Assembly (NCBI RefSeq): GCF_006345805.1
Contig: NC_043012.1
Span: 13,268,001 to 13,332,000, forward strand
Source of the DNA: Octopus sinensis
Lineage: Eukaryota
Direction of reading: 5' to 3'
DNA length: 64,000 nt
Positions within the stretch are counted from its first letter, which is position 1; every line of letters starts with the position of its first letter. Made by a program: the position numbers and the translations under genes. This document shows positions 1-13,699 of the stretch, in pieces. The notes under the pieces were generated by a model that worked only from the letters and a program-made list of their open reading frames with translations, did not search any database and had not been told where the DNA came from.

Positions 1-929
1 AATAAAGCTGGTTGTCCTGATATTTTGCTTCGTTGCTGTGATATTAAATGTTCTAGATTATTGCAGTTAAATATTTTTATGATAGCATTTACGTTATGTC
101 GATTTCAGAATATTTCTGTTTATATCTTGTTACATCTTTTCCTGTTATTTATCTATTCTAATTATAATCGCTTCCTTCAAACCTCACTCCTGTCTAAATC
201 TTTAAAAGTTGATTTATAGGCTTAACATTATTCTCATTTCACGAGAATTAAGGTACTAGGTATTCAAATTATAAAGATCTAATCACTGTTTTCTCCAATT
301 TTCTAGCATTTTTAACAATCAAGAGATTGCTAGAAGTAGCAGGGGAAGATCAGCTCTAAATGTTCTACAGTGATGTCCAGAAAATCACAAATGCAATATT
401 CAAGTATTAATCACGGAAGCAATATGCATCTGTTTCCATTCTAAGCACTCAGCCAGTTTCAGAAAACCTAACCAAAATCAAGCTAAATCAAGCAAACTGA
501 ATAAAGAAACTTAAAGGAAGAATGTGTACGTGAATGCGGTTGCAAATGTTTGCCCGGTGGTGTACCTATACGTATATATTTTTGCGTATATATTTCTGAC
601 TGACTGCTAACAATGAAAACAACTATATATCACCTCTGTGCATAATACAGTTCCTTACCATGACAGCAAAAAACGAGAGATTATACCAGCTCAGAGCATA
701 TTGCTTGAAATGCTTGTGAATCGGGGAAATGAGTGATTAGATATGTAAATATAATTTGGATAAGCATCATCAAAATTCTCATGAAATTTAAGAGTAACAC
801 TTGTAAACAAATGAGTAGGTGATGGAAATGCCTCGAAATCTCATTAGAAGACTTTTCAACAAATGAATTTCATCGTTTACTCTACTGATACTACAAAATA
901 TGCGATAATTTTAAATATTGAACATATTA

Positions 930-1477
930 TTGGGTTGTCCGGAGAGTTCGTGCCGATTTATAGTAGCTTATATTTCGACTTATTTTAGAACATGGTTGAG
1001 TCCATAAAATAGGATTTGACTACACCTCAATTTAGAACACAGTTTAAGCTATCTTTTCATGGAAGAAGGTTTATGTTCCTATAACCTGTTTTAATTATGT
1101 AACCCTTTAAAATGGAAGATAAGAAAGTTCATTTTCGGCACTTGATGCTTTGGGAACCAGAAAAAAATTGCTGCATCTCGGCTGGGATGTATTAACCGAC
1201 CCTCCATATTCACCAGGTATTGCTCCTTCGGATTTCCACTTATTCAGGTCTCTGCGGAATAGTCTTAATGGTACGAATTTCAATTTCTTGGATGACGTAA
1301 AACGATACCTTGACGAATTATTTGCCATGAAACCACCTCAATTTAAGTTAAAGGAAAGATGGAGACGCATTGTGCAACAAAACTGTTCGTATTTGGTTGA
1401 TTAAAAATGTAATGACAAATATTTATTGACCTTTTTCTTTCGTTTCAAAATCGGCACGAACTTTCCGGACAAGCGAT
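930..1477 (+). mobile_element. Internally deleted mariner transposon (MITE-like)
   Basis: Terminal inverted repeats ttgggttgtccggagagttcgtgccgattt / aaatcggcacgaactttccggacaagcgat flanked by TA. Transposase N-terminus MEDKKVHFRHLML (from ~1112) is fused to the C-terminal motif LHLGWDVLTDPPYSPGIAPSDFHLFRSL (ORF 1150-1404). Confidence 0.9.
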
Positions 1478-1964
1478 TACTTATTGGTTTTGACAGGCAG
1501 ATAGCAAAAATACGCTTGGAGGCGTCAATTAATTAAAAGTTAGGTGTGATTTGATGGAATACAGAGGAATAATTATAATATATATATTACTGCGATAAAA
1601 TGTAGTGACTGATTGGAGACTGACTCCTGCATCCAAATTTTTTAGCGATTTCGTTACTTTGTTATAACGTTTTGATGGGTTGCTTGATAATGATTTTAGT
1701 GGAAACAGTTGGGCACTCACACAAAATGCCCTAACTACATTTATCTGAATACGAAGTGAATAAGTAGGGATCCCATCATTTTATGTGACTGTCCGTGTAC
1801 ACCTACACATACATGCACATACGCGCATAAGATATAATGATGTTTAATGTTTGTATTCATAGTAACACTTTTGAGAATATATATATATATATAAAAACGG
1901 TAAGATAACAAAAGAAAGAAAGAGACCTCAATATTATGTAAATAGAGGAAATTTATCTATAAAA

Positions 1965-2353
1965 TGGATGGATGGAAGCTCTCCGTCGGTTACGACGATG
2001 AGGGTTCCGGTTGATCCTAATCAACGGAACAGCCTGCTCGTGAAATTAACGTGTAAGTGGCTGAGCACTCCACAGACACGTGTACCCTTAACGTAGTTCT
2101 CGGGGATATTCAGCGTGACACAGAGAGTGACAAGGCCGGCCCCTTGAAATACAGTGACAACAGAAACAGGAAGTAAGAGTGAGAGAAAGTTGTGGCGAAA
2201 GAGTACAGCAGGGATCGCCACCATCCCTGCCGGAGCCTCGTGGAGCTTTAGGTGTTTTCGCTCAATAAACATTCACAACGCCCGGTCTGGGAATCAAAAC
2301 CGCGATCCTATGACCGCGAGTCCGCTGCCCTAACCACTGGGCTATTGCGCCTC
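1965..2353 (-). mobile_element. tRNA-derived SINE (octopus OR-like family, assignment tentative)
   Basis: Minus-strand tRNA-like head gaggcgcaatagcccagtggttagggcagcggactcgcggtcataggatcgcggttttgattcccagacc with A/B-box-like motifs. The same head occurs at 21330-21414. The left boundary is approximate. Confidence 0.8.
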
Positions 2354-2404
2354 TATAAAATAATATGTTACAATTACTCAATAGTCAAGATAAAACATTT
2401 TTAC

Positions 2405-2872
2405 ATATATGCACATATAAAAATTAAAAATATATATTGAAAGATCTGTCCAGAAAAAGTATATAAAATCGACTAAAATAAGGGATTAAAATGAATTACC
2501 AAAACATATCAATCGACTTCATAAATTACCCCTCGATTAAAATATATCAAAATAGTTAGTTCTTCAAAATGAAGCAATGAACGGTAGGTCCGTTATCTAA
2601 GAAGCGTAAGATAGTTCCAAAATGGGTCGGTCAAAATCTACTTTTGCGGTCAGTTTGGGAGTTCATTGCCGCTTCTTACATATCGGACCTACCATGGACT
2701 GCTTCATTTTTAAGAACTGCATATTTTCATATATTTTTGATTGAGGGGTAACACTTTGTAGTTGCTATATTTTAGTAATTCATTTTAATCAACTATTGTA
2801 GTCGATTTTTATATACCTTTTTCCAGACAGGTCCTATATATTTTTGTATTTTTTTATATGTGCATAACTACA
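2405..2872. mobile_element. Palindromic MITE-like / fold-back element
   Basis: Long imperfect inverted repeat over its whole length, e.g. ctgtccagaaaaagtatataaaatcgacta vs tagtcgatttttatataccttttttccagacag, and taagaagcg...gtaggtccg vs cgcttctta...cggacctac. Confidence 0.7.
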
Positions 2873-4374
2873 TTTTGTTTTACTGACATTGGAATGGTGA
2901 TTGTTACACTTTGAAAACCATTGTAATGAAAACGATGATGAATATGATTTCAAAATAACGGACGTCAATATTTGTTGTCAGTACATCAGGCGTACATGGC
3001 AATATCTTTATAAATTTAGAGCTTGTGAATAAAATTGAAGGGCTACAAAAGGGAAACTAGCTTGCAATAATGTAATACGACGCCCAATTTTACTGCATTT
3101 ACGGTGATAAACATTTCCATGGAATCTAGTATAATTTATGATATTTTATTCCGGAAATTCTGATGCCGTTTTCATATTTGAATATAGTTTATTGCTACAG
3201 CGATTGCTTGCATCATGAAAGCCTTTGAAAGTAACATACATAATGCATGTGTAATCTAAAGCCACACTTAATTAGCGCATTAAATAACCGAAATGACTAG
3301 ATGAAGTTGTTATAACAATTTTATCTCTTTGGAAGCCGACATATTCGCCCTAAGAATTCTTTAAACATCTTTCTATGGTGCCATGGCAATAGACATTATG
3401 CGAATTGTCTATTTTGCTATTACAACATTCCTATAGCAACGTAAGGTCACTTTAGCTACCAATTTTGCTACTTTAGCTACTGATACAGAAGACATATCTG
3501 AATCAGAATATATTGTATAATTCATATATTTTACCATAGAATATAGTGACTATATGTCTATCAGACATGAGAACAACTATTTATAAAGTGCGGAATTAAA
3601 TTAGGATAGGGATCTTCATCCAAGGCTTATTCAGAGAGATTAATACTATTTTGTGTCATAAACGTTTTCTGACTCAGACAAATCAAATTACATGCATCTT
3701 TAAATTTCAAATCAATGAATTGCATGGCAAAATTCATTGTTACATCATATTTCCTGTAGAATACGAAATTACTTCATAACTGCTACTTGTTAGGTTGTTG
3801 CCCTGAGAAAAATCTCCACGACACAGCACGTTTGGCATAGATTTGGGTTTTGACATTTAATAATTTTGAATGTAATGATCTTAATATATGATCACTGTTC
3901 CTTCAGCAAAAATATTCATTAACATGCGATATTAATCATATAATTGAACTAATTACAATTTTCTTCATTCAATACACCAATTACTTTAACTACGATATTA
4001 ATGTATTAATGATATTAATGTAGCCGTTGCACAAGTACAACCAAGACGCATAGATGGCAATAGGAATTCATATTGTGTCAGCGTCAATAATTCTAATTTC
4101 ATTTCACGTTACAAAATGTTTACAGCACATGGAGAAAAATTCATATAATCTAAAAATTATTAATAATAAATTGCAACCCTGTTTTATTGATTTATTGCAT
4201 TCATGTAGTACAGTTTTACAAGCCACAATGTATATATAACACACTGTCTTCCATAACTAATCATCATTCGTTAATTCTTTTAAAAAATGCTAGTAAAAGT
4301 GTCGTCATCACGTGAAGGAATTTAAAAGGATTACGAAAATTATAGTGATTATAATATTGATAATGTCAGTAACA

Positions 4375-4715
4375 AAAGTCGATTACATCAACCCCAGTGG
4401 TTCATTGGCACATAATTTATTGACTCCGAAAGGATGAAAGGCAAATTGAACCACGAGAGATTTGAAATCAGACCGTAAATGTGGATGTAATGCTACTAAG
4501 CATTATTACAACGTCCTAATAATTTCCAACATTCTGAAAAAAGTTGAGCTCGAGAGAATCGTTAGCGCGTCGCACAAAATGCTTAACGGCATTTCGTCCG
4601 CCATCTTTCAGGGGTCGATGAAATAAGTAACAGTTACGCACTGGGGTCGAAGTAATTAACTAGCCCCCTCCATCAAAATTTCAGTCCTTGAGCCTATAGC
4701 AGAAAGGATTTCATT
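4375..4715. mobile_element. Head-to-head pair of degenerate tRNA-derived SINEs (approx. 4375-4530 minus, 4548-4715 plus)
   Basis: Both halves match the SINE at 14248-14475 (gtcgattacatc.accccag, ccgaaaggatgaaaggcaaa; tcgttagc...gcttaacggcatttcgtc...ggggtcgatg). Confidence 0.65.
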
Positions 4716-5325
4716 CTTCCTATGTCAATGATCTGTCTATCCCGAACGAAGGTCATTTGAGGAATTTTCCGAGCAAATATAAGTTCCACGCAGAAATTCT
4801 AATGAAATTTAGCCACCCACTTATGGATTTCTAACTTTATTATTATAACACGATCTTATGACCACGAAATCTAAATAATAGTTGAAACTTCAAAAGTAAC
4901 GATAAATAATGGATATCTGAATCACTGTAAGAGTATTGTGTCCTGATTAATTTAGATATACATATTCCGGACAGAATCTTTCTGTAATAAAATGAACAGA
5001 ATCGTAGGAAGAGACTGTAAATCAAATAGGCATACAATTTATGCATTTAAATGTAGCCGAAATTTGTCAACTTTGAATACACGACTATTCGTTTATTTGA
5101 AGGAAGCGAATATTCTAAGTACTTGCAGTTATCCAACACAGTTATTTCAACTAGACCTCTTCTATATACTAACGCCCAGTTTACCACGTGTGTACTAATA
5201 CAAATAATAGTGTTATTTAAGCACGTTATATGTGACTGTTTCCCATGTATTCACAGAGAGAAATTGGCAATATCATCGTTTAACATATGTGTGCTTGTGT
5301 GTGTATTGTATGTACACACACACAC

Positions 5326-5361
<36 letters not shown>

Positions 5362-5416
5362 GCATGTATATATATATATGTATGTATATATGGACGTATA
5401 TATGTGTGTATGTAGG

Positions 5417-5465
<49 letters not shown>

Positions 5466-6047
5466 CTGTGTACGCGCGTGTTTGTATACACTTAATTTGA
5501 TTATTAATGTGATAGACACACTGTTTGCGATTAGAGAGTCATGTAATATATTTAAAGCTTTAAAGTGAATAATAACTTCTGGTCAAATGAGATTATTTTC
5601 ACATGTGAAATGCTTCAAAAGAAAAATGTTTTACTTAATTTGTGCAGTTTAACGCAACAGCATCTTACATAAAGTAATATTTATCTCATACTTTTATCTT
5701 ATAATAATTCCGCTTGTCATTGCGGTAGTTAGCCTGTCGGTAATGCCTTCACATTGTCAGAGAAAAAGAAGCAGAAAGGAGGGATAAGTGAGGAAAACAG
5801 GGAGGGAAAAAAAGAGGGAGAGAGAAGCGTCCATGGCGTAAGGTAGAAGAGAATGTAATTGTAAAGCTTTCTCGTGATTAGTTGAAGAAGAAATAGAGGA
5901 GAAAGAGAAAGAAGAGAGAGGAAGAAAGAAGTAGAAAGGAAGAGAGAAGGAAAGACAGGCAGAAAAGCGTCCATCACGTGAGATAAGGGGAGCCCCAAAA
6001 TTTTAGCAGAAGGGTGATGTTCTGATGGTGAGATTAAAGAAAGGAAC

Positions 6048-6089
<42 letters not shown>

Positions 6090-7066
6090 GAGGGAGACAG
6101 AAAGAGGGGATATGATGATAATAAAGGTGCTGATGGTGGTGGTGGTGGTGGTGGTGTGGAAGTTAGTGGTGAATCGATAATGAGAAGTGTGTTTTTTTTA
6201 AATTGAACTCTTTTTTATATCACTTATGGTCTGCATGCGCATGAGTGCAATTCCGTGAAATATCCACACTTATTTACATGACAGATGTATTCAATTTAAC
6301 TAAAGGCTGTATCATGTGTAGAGCGATATATATTTTTCGTGTGTGTTTATTTCGGAAAATGAAAAAATAAGAGTGAACATTTAGTTTAGGAGTGCTGTTT
6401 ATTAAATCTATAAAATTGTGCATAAATATAAAATTTACAAACGAAATAATCCATGAAGAAAATACTTCAGGATGTCTCGAAAAGTTCTGACATGTTACAT
6501 CATTATTTATATATCAGGAACATTTCATAAAATAAACCCACAGTGCTATGAACAAATTGCACGGGCAACAGTAGTCCCACTTCTAAAACATTAATAGTAA
6601 CATTGGTACAAGAAGAGCTGTGTTGTTCACTTATAAAGAAGTGAACAGGTCTGGGGCACACTCCGCAATGCCTTGGTCAATGGCTCTCTATCATTTTCTA
6701 AAGATGAATAATGCCTTAGTGCTCTCACAGCGATCTGATAAAATGAAATTGTACGGACGCGTATCGTAAGTTTATATGTGCGTGTGTCTGCGTGTATTCA
6801 GTTTTATATTTGTGTATGCATGGTTCAATCCGGTGCTGAATATACATTGACAAAGTAGAAAAATAAAATTTCTTCTAGGAACGATATGCTCGACTAAACT
6901 ATGCAAACAGCTGTAACATTACGGTTACAAAAAGAATAATCAATAAATGTATACATACGTACATACATATGTGTGTGTGTGTGTGTGTGTGGTGTGTGTG
7001 TGTGTGCGATGTTTGTATGCGTCTGTGTGTTATGCAAGTATATGCACCTCTCTCTCTCTCTGTATG

Positions 7067-7100
<34 letters not shown>

Positions 7101-7104
7101 ATAT

Positions 7105-7290
7105 ATAACAGGAAGCTTTATGAAAATGAACAAAAGGCGAAGGCAGGTGGAATACAAACAAACAACTGCATTAGTATGGCGCTCAGGAATATAAATAAAA
7201 CAAGTCTTTTACGTTTCGAGCCTACGCTCTTCAACAGAAAGATACACAGAAAAGAAACACGGAGAGAAACAAGGAGAGAAAAAAAAAAAT
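7105..7290 (-). mobile_element. Short Penelope-derived repeat with a minimal hammerhead-like motif
   Basis: Homologous to 45760-45930. Minus strand 7205-7242 reads tcttt-CTGTTGA-a-gagcgtaggctc-GAAA-cg-TA-aaaga. Confidence 0.6.
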
Positions 7291-7297
7291 ATATATA

Positions 7298-8762
7298 TAG
7301 GCGGTGAATATATTGTCATCTAAGTTATGCAAGAATGAAATTAACACTAACATCTCATTTTAACAGATATACTTATCAAAATTACCTCCGAATATCTTGG
7401 AATACTACAGCGTAAAATTTTCAATGAAATCACCATTGGCTTCAACCTCGACCTCCAGACGACTTTGGAATCTCCTGCAACTCTTCTGAACGGGCTCTTT
7501 GTTTAAGTTGGTGAATGCTGCCATAATATTCACCTTGAGTTCATCTTTAGATTTACAAGGAGTTTTGTTGTCTCTCGCTCAACTGCGCTCCACACATAAT
7601 TATCAAGGTGGTTGTAGTCTGAGAAGTTAGGTGACCAGATGTTACGGATGATGTGGTCGCAGAAATTGTTTGACATCCATCACTTGGGTTTTCTTTCTTG
7701 TGTGGCATGGTGCACATTCATGCTGCTATACATAACGCAGCACTACCTCCTCAAGGCACTTGATGCAGACCTCCGGATTGAATCTGAGGCCATGTGTCAC
7801 GTTGAATGGAGGCATAACTTTACCATCCTTAGTGATCACTTCAAACACGATGATGTTGACTGAATGTTTGATTTTTATCACTCCCGGTACATGCACTGTT
7901 CTCAGATTGATGCCCAAATGCTCTGAAATGTTCGTATTAGAGTCGTCAATGCAATGTGAAGCAGTACAGCATATCATTTCTAAATCTCTGGCAGAGTGAA
8001 TTGCGTTATGCTGGTGGTTTTTCACAGACGTTGCCCAACTGCTCCTACTATACTGTGTAGTCGACAAAATCAAAAACAAAATTGCACGTGCTGAAAATAG
8101 AAATGACAGAGACGACTCTAATACGAACATTTCAGCGCATTTGGGCATCAATCTGAGAACAGTGCATGTACTGGGAGTGATACAAATCAAACATCCAGTC
8201 AACATCATCGTGTTTGAAGTGATCACTAAGGATGGTAAAGATATGCCTCCATTCAACGTGACACAGGGCCTCAGATTCAATCCGGAGGTCTGCATCAAGT
8301 GCCTTGAGGAGGTAGTGCTGCGTTATGTATAGCAGCATGAATGTGCACCATGCCACACAAGAAAGAAAACCCAAGTGATGGATGTCAAACAATTTCTGCG
8401 ACCACATCATCCGTAACATCTGGTCACCTAACTTCTCAGACTACAACCACCTTGATAATTATGTGTGGAGCGCAGTTGAGCGAGAGACAACAAAACTCCT
8501 TGTAAATCTAAAGATGAACTCAAGGTGAATATTATGGCAGCATTCACCAACTTAAACAAAGAGCCCGTTCAGAAGAGTTGCAGGAGATTCCAAAGTCGTC
8601 TGGAGGTCGAGGTTGAAGCCAATGGTGATTTCATTGAAAATTTTACGCTGTAGTATTCCAAGATATTCGGAGGTAATTTTGATAAGTATATCTGTTAAAA
8701 TGAGATGTTAGTGTTAATTTCATTCTTGCATAACTTAGATGACAATATATTCACCGCAGCCT
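7298..8762. mobile_element. Fold-back (inverted duplication) of a decayed maT/DD37D-type Tc1-mariner element
   Basis: Arms of ~650 bp (7298-7947 and 8111-8762) are near-identical reverse complements around a 163-bp spacer, with TA-repeat flanks. Transposase remnants: ISAHLGINLRTVH, KHPVNIIVFEVITKDGKDMPPF, and a degenerate WSPNFSDYNHLDNYVW. Confidence 0.88.
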
Positions 8763-8817
8763 ATATATATATATATATATAATCTAACTTTGTTAGTTTA
8801 GCGATAAAATGACTACA

Positions 8818-8819
<2 letters not shown>

Positions 8820-8890
<71 letters not shown>

Positions 8891-8910
8891 AAGAAGAAGA
8901 AGAAGAAGGA
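8820..8910. repeat. Compound (AAT)n(AAG)n microsatellite
   Basis: Directly visible; another (AAT)n run at ~9541-9590. Confidence 0.95.
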
Positions 8911-8934
8911 GAAGAATATAAGGCATGAGAGAGT

Positions 8935-9365
8935 TGGTCAATATCTACATTAGAAAATATGTCGGCTGACAAATGGTACAAGTGTCACCCTGAGGCTGTA
9001 ACTGAGGGAGGAAATGTAATTATTGTTTTGGATTGACCACTATGTACATAACACCAGACCATAAAGACTAACAAATCAGATATTGTTGTGAAAGATCAAA
9101 ACCGTAAAGTTTGTTTATTGATTGACATGGACACACCCTGTGACCATAATATCTCGTCAAAAGAATTTGATAAGCTCCAAAAATATAAAGACTTGCACAT
9201 TGAAATAGACGGCTACAATACCAGTGATTGTAGGAGCATTTGGAATGATCAAAATAGGAACTGAAAATTATTTTAGAATGATCCCTGGTTTAACATCCAT
9301 ACAGGAAATGCAAAACATTGTCTTCACTGTTACGTCATACGTATTGAGAAGTGCATTGTCACTGA
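8935..9365 (+). mobile_element. Non-LTR retrotransposon 3' remnant with restriction-like endonuclease (R4/Dong-like)
   Basis: Translations DKWYKCHPE...IKTNKSDIVVKDQNRKVCLLIDMDTPCDHNISSKEFDKLQKYKDL and IVGAFGMIKIG match the REL-endonuclease pattern (RPD...IDM...EKxxKY) of R4-like LINEs. A second fragment lies at ~9670-9810. Confidence 0.75.
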
Positions 9366-9541
9366 ATTTTCTTCCCTTTTCCCCTTTGGAAACATGGGTG
9401 GTTCGTTCAACATCCTTTTGACAATCCTTATTCAGGGACCTTTTGAGCGGGATGCGCTACTCGACCTGCAGAAAATTCTAACTGGGCCCCACCTGCAAGG
9501 TCATGCGCTGTTTATCTTGATATGAGATCACCATGTCACTC

Positions 9542-9587
<46 letters not shown>

Positions 9588-9859
9588 TAATATGCTATTG
9601 AACGTATATTTACTGGGTAATCTCTAAAAACTGGGACCTGTCCCATGATAAAAACTGATGGGAAAATAAACCATATCCAGTGCATGAAATTGACCACCTC
9701 TCACTCTTCTGAAACTTCACCATTCAAGCTGAGATATAGATGCGAATAGGCCAGACAATATTGAAACACTTCAGACAAAAATCATGCCTCCTCATTGATA
9801 TGAATGTCCCAACCGACATACATATATATATATTCTCTAGAACAATACTTTGTGCGAAA

Positions 9860-10480
9860 CCAGCGTGAAAGGAATCCTATGATGTGTTTTAATGTACACT
9901 GTATTTATATGAATAAATGCCTATACACCTACAAAGCCCCAGAATGATAATTCTGATTGAAAAAAACACCTTACGAAATAGTAGACGCCAACCAAAAATC
10001 TTTAAAAACACCTCACAAGGGCAGAATTCAGATCAGAAAATGAACCAGAATTCGTAGTAAAAGAATGTCGCGATAGGTGATGTGGAACTTGTAACAATAC
10101 GAACATCTTAAGTACATACAAAGAGGTTCACACATAAATTTCAAGAACGGATCGATTTTTAAAATAAATGCAGCTATGAACGGGAAAACACAAAATCTCA
10201 TATACTGTATTACCTGCCCAAATTGTAAAGAAAATTACACTGGCGAAACGGATAACTCCCTCTGTCAACGTGCTAGAATTCACAGGCAACATATCCGGCA
10301 AGAAGAACTACGAAAGATTCCATTGAGTAAGCATTTATAAATATGCTGAGACGGAAAGTTCAAAATCTTTCATTTTTACAAATCTGCAGGTGACGAACCG
10401 CAATACCGAAAGGCAACGGAACTACACTTCATAAAAAAATTCTCTCCAAAATTAAATGTTTTAAAGAGAAAAAAGGAAAG
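9860..10480 (+). mobile_element. Penelope-like element remnant (GIY-YIG endonuclease)
   Basis: Frame from ~10135 reads FKINAAMNGKTQNLIYCITCPNCKENYTGET...RARIHRQHIRQ, the LIY...YxGET pattern with CxxC typical of the PLE GIY-YIG domain. Confidence 0.8.
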
Positions 10481-11017
10481 CAAAGAGTACATTCTGTATG
10501 TATGTATATGTATATATGTATGGGTATGATATATATGATTTTGATTTTTGATTTTTCCAGTTTCAGCTAATGAGCTGTGGCCATGCTGGGGCACCGCCAT
10601 ATATATAATTATTTCATTTTACAACTGTATTTTTATACAGAGCTACACCTTACCGAAAGTAAATAAATGTACGACAGGAATATATTCTAAATATAACTAA
10701 AAGAATATAAGAAAGGACTAAAACAGAAAGGACAGGAATGCATTTTTATTAATTTTTATTTCTTATTCTCTATTTTTTCTTTCTTTTTTCTTTTACTTTT
10801 CTTTCTTCACTTACCATCACTAAAAACCATTTCAAAGCAATGGTGTAAATAGTAAACAAGATTATACTTTTATTTATTTGTTTATTTTTATATTACTTAT
10901 TTACTTTTTTTGACAATCCTTAAAAAAACATTTCAATACAATGAAAAGTGGTGGATAGGAAAATGAAAAACCCTTCTCTCTCTCTTTTAACGTACGCATC
11001 TTTCTACCGTCTGAGTA

Positions 11018-11053
<36 letters not shown>

Positions 11054-11292
11054 TCCATCTTCCATTGTCTTAAAAGTCTCACCACCCCCCCAAAAACAAA
11101 ACAAAAACGATGTTCTCTTATAACCCCCCCCCCCCCAATCTGTTTTATATAAATAAGCAAGATATCTCTATATTCATAGAATTGTATTTCACATATACGA
11201 AGGAAGAACGAAAGCGCTAATTATGAAAATGAAGATATAATAATATACAAAAAAACTTCTTTCGAAAATTCTGACGACTTTTTTTCAATATT

Positions 11293-11374
11293 CAGTTATG
11301 TACATCACACCTAACACTCTACAAACACACACACACACAGACACCACACAAGACACCACACACCACCACACACA

Positions 11375-11407
<33 letters not shown>

Positions 11408-11621
11408 CACACACACACACACACACACGCACACACACACACACACAACACACACACACATATATAATATATATATACAGAATTAAATATTCGAAAAGGT
11501 CGCCAGAATTTTGGAAATAATTTTTTTAAATTGTATTATATCTCATTTTCATAATTAGCGCTTTCGTTCGTCCTTATACATATGCATATACATACATAAA
11601 TATATACACACCACCCACCAC

Positions 11622-11655
<34 letters not shown>

Positions 11656-11695
11656 ATTATATATATATATATAGATATATATATATTATATATAT

Positions 11696-11743
<48 letters not shown>

Positions 11744-12097
11744 ATAAAGAAAAGAATTTGAACGTTCCGGAATCTGAACAGTAATTGTTAATTTAAGCGA
11801 GTTCTCATATTTGAAAAGACTTCAATAGTAAAGTATGGTACTTTATGTGTCCTCTGTTGTGACAAAAAGTAGTTTACATAAATATATTCAAATGAAGTGA
11901 GTACTTGGCAATGATGAGAAAAAATGTGAGGTTTTGTGTATCGTCAGTTATGTGTCAAAATATAGTATACATAAAAAAAAACATTCAGATCAGGAAATAA
12001 AATATTTAGAATGTACATCAGTTATGTACATCACACCTAACACTCTACAAACACACACACATACAGACACACACAGACACACACACACACAAACACA

Positions 12098-12130
<33 letters not shown>

Positions 12131-12136
12131 CACACA

Positions 12137-12199
<63 letters not shown>

Positions 12200-12328
12200 C
12201 AGAATTAAATATTCGAAAAGGTCGCCAGAATTTTGGAAATAATTTTTTAAAATTGTATTATATCTTAATTTTCATAAATAGCGCTTTCGTTCGTCCTTAT
12301 ACATATGCATATACATACATAAATATAT

Positions 12329-12427
<99 letters not shown>

Positions 12428-12693
12428 AGGAAAAGAATTTGAACGTTCCGGAATCTGAACAGTAATTGTTAATTTAAGCGAGTTCTCATATTTGAAAAGA
12501 CTTCAATAGTAAAGTATGGTACTTTATGTGTCCTCTGTTGTGACAAAAAGTAGTTTACATAAATATATTCAAATGAAGTGAGTACTTGGCAATGATGAGA
12601 AAAAATGTGAGGTTTTGTGTATCGTCAGTTATGTGTCAAAATATAGTATACATAAAAAAAAAACATTCAGATCAGGAAATAAAATATTTAGAA
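11293..12693. repeat. Tandem duplication of a ~700-bp microsatellite-rich unit
   Basis: cagttatgtacatcacacctaacactctacaaac starts at 11293 and ~12017, and both copies end in ttcagatcaggaaataaaatatttagaatg. The copies differ mainly in (CA)n/(TA)n length. Confidence 0.9.
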
Positions 12694-13159
12694 TGATAAG
12701 ATAATAATTAATTTACATAAGTATATCCAAAATCAAGTAATAGATTTTGACAAGAAGATAAAATGTGCCTGGTTTGTCAATCAGTGTGTACTAATGTGTT
12801 GGTCTCATTCTGACCAGAAACGGTTTGCACTAAATTAAACTGAAAAAAAGATGAGTGCAGAAATAACAGACCATCTATAGTTCTCGGATCTGGCTGTAGG
12901 ATACACACACACGCATATACAATTGCAGACATATTCGCACACGCACATATGCAAAGCTATACAATCATAAAAAATGTGTTTAAAAACATATACACAAAGG
13001 AAACTTGTTGTATATGTGTATATCGACGCACATATCCATATATCTACATACAGACTCACACACTCACACACATTTATATATTCATATATATATTATATAT
13101 AAATGGCGGTGCCCCAGCATGGCCACAGCTCATAAGCTGAAACTAGAATCAATCAATCA

Positions 13160-13210
<51 letters not shown>

Positions 13211-13240
13211 ATGTATATACTGTTATATATATATATATAT

Positions 13241-13543
13241 TGTTCTGTCAAGACCCTGACCACCCCCACATTACTGAAAAAGGACTGACGCTTTTCAATA
13301 TATTAAAGAAACTGTGTGCACTGTGAGTAGTTGACAATGAGTTGACAAGTGTATATTTGGCAGGGTTGACCGTCCCTATTGTTTACTGTGCCAGTTTAAG
13401 ATCGTAAATACATTTAGAGTAGTACGGAGTATGTTCTGTGTGGACATATTAATTCTTCGAAAGGGAATTCTAGATAGCCATATCTAAATATTTACTTTGG
13501 TAATAATATTCTTACACCCGACTGGTCAACTCAAGCTATAACA
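13241..13543. mobile_element. Solo-LTR-like element
   Basis: TGTT...AACA termini, 303 bp, inside microsatellite. It shares the terminal gctataaca with 49911-50359. No target-site duplication is evident. Confidence 0.4.
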
Positions 13544-13699
13544 CACACACACGCATACGCATGTATGTTTGTATGTATGTATGTATGTATGTATGTATGT
13601 ATGTATGTATGTATGTATGTATGTATGTATGTATGTATGTATGTATGTATATGTCTCTCTTGTTTTTTATTATAATAAATCTTCAACTCAGGTGGGAAC

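Noticed and set aside
4843-5046. Possible third copy of the 36006-36332 ORF (KILSGIC vs KIVLSDIC)
   Set aside because: Nucleotide similarity is limited to ~12-18 bases in AT-rich sequence; not distinguishable from chance.
5123-5519. ORFs rich in YI/HT/CV repeats (also at ~11.3-13.3, 15.4-17.0, 36.3-36.7, 42.0-42.4, 45.5-46.0 and 51.7-52.8 kb)
   Set aside because: Translations of (TA)n, (CA)n, (TATC)n and (TATG)n microsatellites.
5729-6160. Hydrophobic ORF 5729-5998 in a purine-rich tract
   Set aside because: Low-complexity GA-rich sequence read on the pyrimidine strand; no motif.
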